Source: a virus (lineage: Duplodnaviria; Caudoviricetes). Taken from it: DNA of 48,238 nucleotides. Of the stretch, positions 37,695 to 46,255 are shown piece by piece (positions within the stretch are counted from its first letter, which is position 1; every line of letters starts with the position of its first letter). The position numbers and the translations under genes are program-made. The notes under the pieces were generated by a model. The model was not told the DNA's origin. It made no database searches and was given only the letters and a program-made list of their open reading frames with translations. The stretch is from the IMG/VR virus record IMGVR_UViG_3300029286_000065, positions 1 to 48,238 of that record, one strand, 5' to 3'.

Positions 37695-38363
37695 ATTAAA
37701 TCTATTTTTATATTGAAATATTTTTTATCTAATTTATGTGGATAAATAATATCAAAAATTTTATTGTTTAATGGACCAAATTCAAATTCAGTATTTCTAT
37801 CAAATCTATTATAATATGGTGATTTCCCACCTTTTGTAATTCTAATTTCAAATGGATCACTTGGAGATTTTGCGTTATGTAATGTAACAATTTCACCTTC
37901 TTCAAAAATATAATTTTTTATAATTGTTTCTAATTCAGCTTTTAATTTTAGATTTTCAGCTTTTATTTCAGCCTTTGTTCTTTCTTTATCTGCTAATCTA
38001 AAATATTTATTATTTTGTCCTCTTTTTTTCAATGAATATAAAATATCAAGAACATCTTCACGAATTTCTTCTTCTGATGAATTGTCATATTCACTAAAAA
38101 TTTTCCACATAATTTTTCCCTCTTTTCCCAAACCAGCTAAATCTGTTTTACCATATTTATTTTCAATTCCAATATATTGACGAATATGCATTTGAATTGA
38201 ACCTATTGATACGTTCATTATATGGGATAATTCAGTTTCATCTTGAATACCTAATTTTTTTAGTCCGAATTTATGATAATAAAAGATATTCTTTACTCCA
38301 AGGTTCTTTGTTTGATAAATCAGATTCATTTAAAAATTCTAAAAATTCAAATATATGTTTCAT
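37691..38363 (-). pseudogene. Tagged protein split by an apparent +1 frameshift near 38281
   Basis: ATG 38363 MKHIFEFLEFLNE...KEYLLLS* (stop 38271) overlaps the 212-aa frame ...YYHKFGLKK...; late motif at 38384. Confidence 0.55.
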
Positions 38364-38383
38364 AAAGTTAAATTATTTTTAAC

Positions 38384-38392
38384 TATATATTA
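38384..38392 (-). promoter_or_regulatory. Putative late promoter TAATATATA
   Basis: Exact motif 20 nt upstream of ATG 38363. Confidence 0.6.
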
Positions 38393-38402
38393 AATTTAAT
38401 TT

Positions 38403-39209
38403 TTAAATCTTAATTCTTTCTTTACCCTTATTTGCAGTATTGAAAATATAATAATCGACAGCGACATCCAAATCTTTTTCCTTAAAGAAGTCTGTCATAT
38501 GTTTTACGGTATTTTCATCATCATCCGAAAATCCAACTTTTAATTTAGCACCAACTCTTGTGGCAAAATTTTGTAATCTTGTTAAAAAAGCATCAATAGC
38601 TATTTCTTTTCCATATTCTACTTTTTGTGTAATTTCAAAATCAAACCCAAATCTATTTCTAAAATATTTAGACATAATACCAATAAATTCACAAGTGTCC
38701 AAATAGGAACAAATCGTTGCATCTTTAGAATTAAATAATTTTTGAAATTTTTCCAAATTTTTTGACATTTTATCCCTTTGTTCTTGAGTTAAATAATTAC
38801 AAATCAACCATTTTACAAATTTTTTAATTGTTTCTGGTTCGTGACCTCTTGCTGTAATTATAAGAAAAACATTTCCGTTAACAATAGTATTTATGAAATC
38901 TTTAAAACTTGGACCAAAATTACTATTTTTAATTGCTGATTTTGCATCTTCCAAAAAAGCTTTATCCCCCCTTGGACCAGTATCTCTAAATTCTTGAAAT
39001 GTTAATTTTAAATCATTATTTCTTCTTCTCCACCCTTTTTGTTTTCTTATTTTTGCAAATTCTTCTGGTAAAACATCTTTCGGAACCCATTTACCATTTT
39101 TTAAAACATCAATATGAATGGGAGTTGACATATGGAGTAAATTATTATCTATATCAAAAATAAAGTACTTGAGTGTTTTTTGTTTAAATGTATTGAACTT
39201 TTTAATCAT
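38403..39209 (-). CDS. HAD-superfamily hydrolase-like protein with a tag-like N-terminus
   Basis: FDIDNN (motif I), ITARGH (II), K (III), FSDD (IV); MIKKFNTFKQK. Confidence 0.75.
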   Translation of the reverse strand: MIKKFNTFKQKTLKYFIFDIDNNLLHMSTPIHIDVLKNGKWVPKDVLPEEFAKIRKQKGWRRRNNDLKLTFQEFRDTGPRGDKAFLEDAKSAIKNSNFGPSFKDFINTIVNGNVFLIITARGHEPETIKKFVKWLICNYLTQEQRDKMSKNLEKFQKLFNSKDATICSYLDTCEFIGIMSKYFRNRFGFDFEITQKVEYGKEIAIDAFLTRLQNFATRVGAKLKVGFSDDDENTVKHMTDFFKEKDLDVAVDYYIFNTANKGKERIKI

Positions 39210-39239
39210 TAAATTTATATGAAAAAATAATTGAAATGT

Positions 39240-39680
39240 TTATTCTTCATTTCCAAAATATAATATACCATCATCACCCAAATAAATATCCATTTCACCC
39301 AATTTATGTGCAGAGTCCATTAAAATTTTTTCGATATCATCGTCATATCCCCTATCAAAAAATCCAGCACCATGATGATTTCTGGTTAACCAAATATCGT
39401 GACCCAATTGATCTTCGTCTATACCATTAACTGCATCACCTGCATATTCTAAAAATAATTTGATGTCTTGATATGCTTTTATTTTCGAATCATCTGAAAA
39501 ATTATGAATATTTAAATCAGCTTCCGGAATAAATTGTTTTATTTCATCACTATATTCAGAATTATTTTCATCATCCAACCTTTCTTCTTCCGTCCATATA
39601 GCACATTCCAGATAACTATTCATAATTTTTATTATGTCTAATTTTGTTTTGAATTCTTCGTATAATTTCAAATATTTCAT
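39240..39680 (-). CDS. Phage hypothetical protein with a capsid-targeting-like leader
   Basis: MKYLKLYEEF; YLECAIW...GHDIWLTRNHHGAGFFDR...Y.GDDG. Confidence 0.75.
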   Translation of the reverse strand: MKYLKLYEEFKTKLDIIKIMNSYLECAIWTEEERLDDENNSEYSDEIKQFIPEADLNIHNFSDDSKIKAYQDIKLFLEYAGDAVNGIDEDQLGHDIWLTRNHHGAGFFDRGYDDDIEKILMDSAHKLGEMDIYLGDDGILYFGNEE

Positions 39681-39720
39681 ATTTTATTATGTCTAATTTT
39701 GTTTTGAATTCTTCGTATAA
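39627..39720. repeat. Perfect 39-bp direct repeat (39627-39665 and 39682-39720)
   Basis: TTTTATTATGTCTAATTTTGTTTTGAATTCTTCGTATAA twice, bracketing ATG 39680. Confidence 0.9.
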
Positions 39721-39759
39721 GATGTCGTGGATTTCTTTTGAAATTTTTTTAAAATTTTT

Positions 39760-42264
39760 TTATGTCCAGTTTAAATTAACAAAATTTTCAGTATAAATAT
39801 TTTTATCAGCGTTATCAGCCAATATTAATTTATCAGCGTTTGTAATAATATTTTGATTTAATGTATTATTTATTTCATCTGTTGGAATAACATCATTAAA
39901 TATTCTTAAATTAGTATATTTAATATTAGAACCCAAAACATAAAGATCGATGTCATGGATATAATTTTCCGGTTCAATATCATAAAATGTTTCTTTTATT
40001 GTTTTAAATATGGTTGAAAGTGAATGTAATTCGGTGTTATTAACTGGTTTAAATCCGGCATTTATTAAATATGTATAACCTGTTGTATCCATCCAAGATA
40101 TTGTTTGAACTTGAAAACTATTTGGTTCCATAAAAGTTATATTATAATCATTATCTCTACTATATAATTTTATTTCCAATATTTTTTGTCTTTGATCTAA
40201 TATAATAACCAAACCATACCAAATATTTGTTAATAAATTAACATTTTTTAATTTATAAAATTGATTATTGATTTGAAAATTGATATCTTTTTTGAAATAC
40301 CAAATTCTATAACCAAGTTTGGTTGTTTCATCATAGTTATTTAATAAATAAAAATTTGTATTTTGTTCAATATCATAATATTTCCAAGCGTTTCTACTTG
40401 GGTTTAAAGTATCCCAACTATTATTAAAATTAAACCAAGTAATAAAACTACGATTATCTGAAACATTTAGAATATTATCTGTTTTTTTGAAAATGACAGA
40501 TTGTTTACCAACAGTATCTTTAAAATCATAATAATTTACTGCAAAATTTATATTTCCATTTAAAATATCTTGTTTAATTCTTAGTACTTTATTATTAACA
40601 ACAAATCTCATAGGATCAAATGAAAATGGTTTGAATTGGTCTTTATTCGCTATTTTATCACCATCTTCTTTTATTTCATTACCAAATAATTCATCCATAG
40701 TTGTATTTTTAGTAAGAGTATCCAATTTGAATTTACTTTCTGTTGATAAATTCATAATATTTGCTTTTTGTTCGTATTTTTCTAACATGACTTTGTAATA
40801 GATACCCGCATTCATGACATCTCTGAATATGTTTGCGCTTTTAACATAAAATAAACGATTAATAGAACATATAAATAAAATATCATCTTCGGATGGTCTT
40901 TTTGTTATTCCGAATTTATTTTTAAATTCATCTTTCATAATCTGAATTTCAAAAGTATCAAATAAATCTAAAGCGAATACATTAGATTTTAATTGATTGT
41001 CTGGAAATTTATTTTCGGGTACTATAATCTTAATTGTTTTAACATCTATTATATTTTTCAATTGATATTCGTGTAAAATGAAATCTGTTCCATTTCTATC
41101 TGGATCAGTTAAATGATAATCACAATCCCAAGCGAATAAATTGCTAACTTGATTTGCTAAAGTATTATAATATTGAGTTATTGATTGTATATTATATGGT
41201 TTCCATAAATTATTCGAATTTGCATCATTTTCGGCTTGTAAATTTGTCATTACATTATTGGTTATCGAATAACAACTCAATCCTTGTGTGTAAAAGTCTA
41301 AATTCAAATCATATGTTGACACCGCGGAACCATATGGTTTAACTGTATTCCAATTTACCGGATTATTTATATCATATGAACTAACGTTCATCCCACATAT
41401 TTCTGTTACACCAGTAGATTTAAAAAAAGTTGTTAAACAATCTTGACGAATACCATATTTATTTGTTTTTAAATAATTTGCTGATACATTTTGAAAATCA
41501 CCAATGATAATAATATCAATTATATGCGCAGGTTCCGGATCATCTGTATATGGTGTTATCAAATATTCTATTCTCGCAAAACGAAGTTCATTGAATTTAT
41601 ATGTTGAAATATTTTCTTTTGTGAGTGGTTCCCAATCAGAATATGTTCTACCATCGTTTTGTGTAACTCTATATTTAATATTTAGATTTGCAATATTTCC
41701 ATATCCTTGTATTTGAAAATCCGATACCGAAAATATTTTAAATATATCTCTTGGAACAATAACAATTGGTGTTGTTCCAGATATATCAACATTAACATCC
41801 GAATATGTTAAATCATATTTACCTGTTAATGTTATATTTGAAACGTATATTGGTGTTCTGAGATGATAATTATCAAAAGGTGGATCATCCACTCTAAAAA
41901 TATAAAATTCAAAATCAAACGGGACTGTTGGACTAAAAGTAAAACCGGATAATATTAGTTCATAATCAAATGAAGTGGTTGTTCCTGTTGAAATTGTTGT
42001 TAATGGTATTAAATCACTCCAGCAATCACCACATTTCATCGCATCTGAATCCGGAACATTTTTATATTTAAAATAGATTTTAAGATATTGATAGTTTTTA
42101 ATTCCTTCAACCGTCATATTAAGTTGATCTAAACTTTTAACACCCATAATTGGTGAGGTAATAACCATTTTTAAAGTATTACCAGTTGGATAATTAAGAA
42201 TATCAGTACCAATAAAATTTATTGTGAATGTTTCATCAAATTTTTTACTAAGTAAATAATTCAT
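39760..42264 (-). CDS. Neck/head-closure protein (T4 gp14-like core) with N- and C-terminal beta-rich extensions
   Basis: F.LDLFDTFEIQI.K.EF...RPSEDDILF....RLFYV...YYKV.L.KYE resembles gp14 RP.EGDLIY; LamG-like C-terminus (TNIWYGLVI...NLRIFN). Confidence 0.6.
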   Translation of the reverse strand: MNYLLSKKFDETFTINFIGTDILNYPTGNTLKMVITSPIMGVKSLDQLNMTVEGIKNYQYLKIYFKYKNVPDSDAMKCGDCWSDLIPLTTISTGTTTSFDYELILSGFTFSPTVPFDFEFYIFRVDDPPFDNYHLRTPIYVSNITLTGKYDLTYSDVNVDISGTTPIVIVPRDIFKIFSVSDFQIQGYGNIANLNIKYRVTQNDGRTYSDWEPLTKENISTYKFNELRFARIEYLITPYTDDPEPAHIIDIIIIGDFQNVSANYLKTNKYGIRQDCLTTFFKSTGVTEICGMNVSSYDINNPVNWNTVKPYGSAVSTYDLNLDFYTQGLSCYSITNNVMTNLQAENDANSNNLWKPYNIQSITQYYNTLANQVSNLFAWDCDYHLTDPDRNGTDFILHEYQLKNIIDVKTIKIIVPENKFPDNQLKSNVFALDLFDTFEIQIMKDEFKNKFGITKRPSEDDILFICSINRLFYVKSANIFRDVMNAGIYYKVMLEKYEQKANIMNLSTESKFKLDTLTKNTTMDELFGNEIKEDGDKIANKDQFKPFSFDPMRFVVNNKVLRIKQDILNGNINFAVNYYDFKDTVGKQSVIFKKTDNILNVSDNRSFITWFNFNNSWDTLNPSRNAWKYYDIEQNTNFYLLNNYDETTKLGYRIWYFKKDINFQINNQFYKLKNVNLLTNIWYGLVIILDQRQKILEIKLYSRDNDYNITFMEPNSFQVQTISWMDTTGYTYLINAGFKPVNNTELHSLSTIFKTIKETFYDIEPENYIHDIDLYVLGSNIKYTNLRIFNDVIPTDEINNTLNQNIITNADKLILADNADKNIYTENFVNLNWT

Positions 42265-42285
42265 CGAAAAATTGATTTCATTTTT

Positions 42286-42294
42286 TAATATATA
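42286..42294 (+). promoter_or_regulatory. Putative late promoter TAATATATA (the TATATATA core may also serve the minus-strand neck gene)
   Basis: Exact motif in the 43-nt gap between divergent genes. Confidence 0.55.
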
Positions 42295-42307
42295 TAAAAA
42301 ATAAGTA

Positions 42308-42682
42308 TTGGAAATTTTGTTACTTAAAAGATTTAATGAATTTATTAAAATAAATGAAGAAAAAAAGGACGATGGAATTCATGTTGATGGTGATAGGCTT
42401 AAAATTATAAATAAAAGGAAAAAATCTATCAATCAAAAGTGGGTTTGTTTAATTGTTACAGATAAAACAAAATTAGATTTTGAAATAAAATATCCCGGAA
42501 GACCATTTGATATAAATTTAGGTAGTCATAGAATCTTTTTTAACATTAAAGATCCAAAAAATACTAAGTTAGAAATAGAAGAAGTGAAAAATAAGTATAA
42601 AGAAGGAAATATATATAATAAGAATGAGAATGATATGATAATACAAGTTAATTTTCACCAATATAGTCCACTAATTGATTAG
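42308..42682 (+). CDS. Hypothetical protein with a capsid-targeting-like leader
   Basis: LKRFNEFIKINE; TTG start uncertain. Confidence 0.65.
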   Translation: MEILLLKRFNEFIKINEEKKDDGIHVDGDRLKIINKRKKSINQKWVCLIVTDKTKLDFEIKYPGRPFDINLGSHRIFFNIKDPKNTKLEIEEVKNKYKEGNIYNKNENDMIIQVNFHQYSPLID

Positions 42683-42718
42683 ATGTCTTTTTCGGTGATA
42701 AAAAATAATAAAAAAGTA

Positions 42719-42982
42719 ATGGAAATTAAAAAATTTAACAACTTTATTTTAGAAAATAAAGAAAAAATTTCTGAAGAACCAAAAAAAGGTAGATGTAAAG
42801 ATTGTGGTAAGAAATTCAAGAAATGTAAATGTGAAAAAATTACAGAAACATCTTTAAATGAATCATCAGCTAAACAAAAAGCTGCCAGAGCAAAATTTTT
42901 AGAAATGATTCAAAAGAAAAAGGGGAAAAAGGAAGAAAAAGAAGGTAAAGACATTAAAAAATGTAAAAAAAGTGAAAAATAA
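42719..42982 (+). CDS. Small, very basic Cys-motif protein with a capsid-targeting-like leader (start ATG 42719)
   Basis: MEIKKFNNFILE; CKDCGKKFKKCKC; K-rich tail. Confidence 0.65.
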   Translation: MEIKKFNNFILENKEKISEEPKKGRCKDCGKKFKKCKCEKITETSLNESSAKQKAARAKFLEMIQKKKGKKEEKEGKDIKKCKKSEK

Positions 42983-43016
42983 ATTGAATTTAATCATTAA
43001 AAAATAAAAAAATAAC

Positions 43017-44210
43017 ATGCCATATATCCAACCAAACCTTTTTTATCAAGCGGATAAATTAATTAAACCGTATGAATGTGCTATGATAGTAGTTGAAGGT
43101 CCAAATTTAAAAGGAAAGATGAATCTTGATGGATTGGAAATTAAATATGAAAATTATACACTTTCACAATTAATTTTAAATCCATCAGCTTCCGATCAAC
43201 CAATGTTATATGGATTTTTAGGTAATAATATAACATTTTTAATGGTTAGAGCTAAATATATTCCAATGGATCCAAATTGGGCTGTTGAAACGGAACAATA
43301 TATTGAATATTATTTTAGTGATGATACTAAGGTGAGACAAATGGGACAAATAATGATTTTATCTGGAAATAGTGTAAAACGAATTCCACAAATTTATTTT
43401 AATAATCCTAGTACAAAAAATAAAGTTTATTTGGAAGTATTAATGGCCAATTTGGAACAAGATAGTTTAACTAATTTAAATCAATTTAAACAAACAAGTT
43501 CATTTAGTGGTCTTTATTATAATTCAATTATATCAGATTCTATTGGTTATATTATACCAACATCAACTGGTTCAACAGAATTGAAAGTTATTGATACAGA
43601 TGGAAGAACTCTTATTATTATTCCATATACTAATATCAGAAGTATTGCAAAAATAGACCCTTTAACTTTATTAATTGGTTTAGATACAGAAGAAAAAGTT
43701 AGATTATCATTTTTAAGTGCATATAATTGTTGTCAAGCAAATTCTCGTATTAACTGGGTTATGATGTCAAATAGATATCGAATATTAACACCATTGCAAC
43801 CAACTCTTGATATTACACCACCAGTGATTTCTTTTAATACCATTTTAACAGGAACCACAACTGGAATAACAAGTGGTGTGACCACATTATATCTTTTACC
43901 AAGTGGTACAACATATAGTCATACAGATTTAAAAAATATATTTATTTCTGGTGTCATTGATAATATGGATGGTATTATAGATAAATTAGATGTTTCGGTA
44001 ACAATTAATGCATTAAACGATTTGGTTCCAACATCAGCGATAACTGATGTTGGTGTTTATGATGTAGTATTTAGTATTACAGATTTAGCTTGTAATACAA
44101 TATCATATCATTTTTATGTCAGTATTTATACTGAAATATTGGGTATTATATCAACAGGATATTGGTTCGATACAGGTATTTGGCTAGATCTTGGTGTTTG
44201 GGTTGATTAA
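43017..44210 (+). CDS. Virion structural protein with an Ig-like C-terminal domain
   Basis: DITPPVISF...D..DG...GVYDVVFSITDLACN (DUF5011/HYR-like). Confidence 0.6.
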   Translation: MPYIQPNLFYQADKLIKPYECAMIVVEGPNLKGKMNLDGLEIKYENYTLSQLILNPSASDQPMLYGFLGNNITFLMVRAKYIPMDPNWAVETEQYIEYYFSDDTKVRQMGQIMILSGNSVKRIPQIYFNNPSTKNKVYLEVLMANLEQDSLTNLNQFKQTSSFSGLYYNSIISDSIGYIIPTSTGSTELKVIDTDGRTLIIIPYTNIRSIAKIDPLTLLIGLDTEEKVRLSFLSAYNCCQANSRINWVMMSNRYRILTPLQPTLDITPPVISFNTILTGTTTGITSGVTTLYLLPSGTTYSHTDLKNIFISGVIDNMDGIIDKLDVSVTINALNDLVPTSAITDVGVYDVVFSITDLACNTISYHFYVSIYTEILGIISTGYWFDTGIWLDLGVWVD

Positions 44211-44226
44211 AAAATAAAATTATATA

Positions 44227-45426
44227 ATGTCTGATTGGATTAGTGATGGTGAAAAAGGAAATCCCGTAAGAGTAAAATTAAATAGTTTATATGATTTGGT
44301 TTATGATTTAACTGGTTATACTGGTACATCTGGAACATCGGGTTCGTCAGGAATATCGGGATTTGGTTATGGTGGTTTCGGCGGAAATAGTATTTTATAT
44401 AAATTTAATAATGATAATACATTAACATCACCCGGATCTGGTTATTTAAAATTAAATAATTCATTACCATCATTAGCAAATAAATTGATTGTGGATTATA
44501 GAAATTTAAATGGAAGTTTTGTTGATACATGGTTAAGAAGTATTAGTAGTAATACATCATCATATTTTAGATTGTTTAAAGAAAATGATACTGCTATTTT
44601 TTGTATTTATAAAATTTTGGGATTAACGGATCATGGTATAATATCGAAATATGTTACGTTTGATATAGAAATAATTTATGCTGATGACAATGAATTTTTT
44701 GTTCAAGATGATAATATTGTATTAACATATACTAAATCTGGAAGTGGTGGTAGTTCGACATCAATAATTATACCACAATTAAAATTAGATACTGGTTTTT
44801 ATACATTGGACGGTTCTATAGTTAAAAAAACAGATACATTAAGAGGATATTGGGAATCTGCAGATACTAATTTTCTGGATTATAATCCAGAAATTTGGAC
44901 ATTTAGAAGAAAAAATTATATTAGAGAAATTAAGGATTCAGATTGGAAAATGAAACATACAAAATGGACACACGAACCCCATTTAAATGGTATTAAATTT
45001 CCCGGTAGTTCTTATTATTCGGGATCTATAAAATGTAGAGTTCCCGAAATTCAATCTAGTGGAATACATACCGAATTTACTCTTATTGCAACTGGTAGTA
45101 GTTATAAACAAATAATTCCTTTAGACCCATATGAATATATTTATGGAAATAGTGGTGGAACTTGGATTAAGTTATCGGATAATTTAGATTATAGTGAAAT
45201 GAAAATTAAAATAACAGGAAAAAGGGACAGTATGAGTTTAGCACTTAGATTCGCGGTTGTTATAGATAATCCTAATATAACAGATAAAAATCCCAAAATA
45301 ATAGGACCTTTAAGTGATATTGTTTATTTAAGATATGGTAGAAGTGGTGGAAATGGAAATATTATAAAATATTTTTGGAATGAAATTGATGTAAAAATGT
45401 TTGGAACTGGTAGATGGTCTACATAA
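44227..45426 (+). CDS. Tail-fibre-like structural protein
   Basis: Short [10 protein letters not shown] tract followed by YKFN..T...PGSG.LKLNN. Confidence 0.55.
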   Translation: MSDWISDGEKGNPVRVKLNSLYDLVYDLTGYTGTSGTSGSSGISGFGYGGFGGNSILYKFNNDNTLTSPGSGYLKLNNSLPSLANKLIVDYRNLNGSFVDTWLRSISSNTSSYFRLFKENDTAIFCIYKILGLTDHGIISKYVTFDIEIIYADDNEFFVQDDNIVLTYTKSGSGGSSTSIIIPQLKLDTGFYTLDGSIVKKTDTLRGYWESADTNFLDYNPEIWTFRRKNYIREIKDSDWKMKHTKWTHEPHLNGIKFPGSSYYSGSIKCRVPEIQSSGIHTEFTLIATGSSYKQIIPLDPYEYIYGNSGGTWIKLSDNLDYSEMKIKITGKRDSMSLALRFAVVIDNPNITDKNPKIIGPLSDIVYLRYGRSGGNGNIIKYFWNEIDVKMFGTGRWST

Positions 45427-45434
45427 AGATTCTT

Positions 45435-45528
45435 GGTGGGGGGGGTGAGAATATTGCCTTTGTGGTGTTGTTTTTATTATTCGTAGCCTCTTCGGAGTGG
45501 TTACGAATATTCCACTCCCGCCTTTTTT
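45435..45528 (+). ncRNA. Candidate structured RNA or terminator-like element
   Basis: GC-rich island; TATTCGTAGC-CTC-TTCG-GAG-TG-GTTACGAATA hairpin with a cUUCGg loop; GGTGGG/CCCGCC outer pairing; T6 tail. Confidence 0.4.
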
Positions 45529-45549
45529 AAAAATTAATAAAATTGAATA

Positions 45550-46161
45550 ATGTTATACGATTATAATTTAGATAATTTTTTATCAATTCCAACTGGTGAT
45601 GATAAAAGGATTTTTATATATGATAAAAATAATAATTTTAAATATAGTATTATAGTTGATTTATCACATTGGTTTGTTAAAAATAATTGTGTTATAATTA
45701 AAATAACAAATCAAAATGATATAATGCTTAGTTTTGAATCTAGAATTATCGCACAATCCGCTTTGGAAAAATTAGATTTGGTTAGAAAATCAATTTTAGA
45801 TTCAACAGGTAAATTAGATCCCAATCAATGGTGTAAATTTAACACATTAAATGTAAATATGATGTGTAGAGATTTAACACCCGGAATTAATAATCAGTTA
45901 GCTTTAAGTACACCTGTTTTACAGATTCCTAAATCTAAGATTAAAATCATGGTTAATAATGGTAGTTTTGTTCACGCTGGGATACCAGATGGAATTCATA
46001 CTGGTTGTTATTTTACATCATCTACGGATAATGGTGATCCAACAAAAGCTAGAGTTAATGATGGTGATGTTCAAATTGGTGATTTTTTATATTGGATAGG
46101 TTCAGTTGCTGGTTTTGATTTAGATAGTACTGATTATTTAGATTTTGAATATTTGATATAA
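45550..46161 (+). CDS. Putative virion structural protein
   Basis: 203 aa in the structural cluster; C-terminal CYF...GDFLYWIGSVAGFDLD..D..DF.Y. Confidence 0.6.
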   Translation: MLYDYNLDNFLSIPTGDDKRIFIYDKNNNFKYSIIVDLSHWFVKNNCVIIKITNQNDIMLSFESRIIAQSALEKLDLVRKSILDSTGKLDPNQWCKFNTLNVNMMCRDLTPGINNQLALSTPVLQIPKSKIKIMVNNGSFVHAGIPDGIHTGCYFTSSTDNGDPTKARVNDGDVQIGDFLYWIGSVAGFDLDSTDYLDFEYLI

Positions 46162-46226
46162 AATTGAAATATTTAGATTTTGAATAATATAAAGTATCTA
46201 ATATCTATTATTTTCATTTTAAAATT

Positions 46227-46235
46227 TAATATATA
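46227..46235 (+). promoter_or_regulatory. Putative late promoter TAATATATA
   Basis: Exact motif 20 nt before ATG 46256. Confidence 0.6.
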
Positions 46236-46255
46236 AAATAAAAATCTTAGATAAA

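Noticed and set aside
1951-41716. Many short antisense or nested ORFs in the track (e.g. 1951-2232, 12835-13128, 19545-19856, 26177-26491, 32252-32536, 41504-41716)
   Set aside because: They lie inside longer, motif-bearing genes and have the F/L/I/S-rich composition typical of antisense frames in AT-rich DNA
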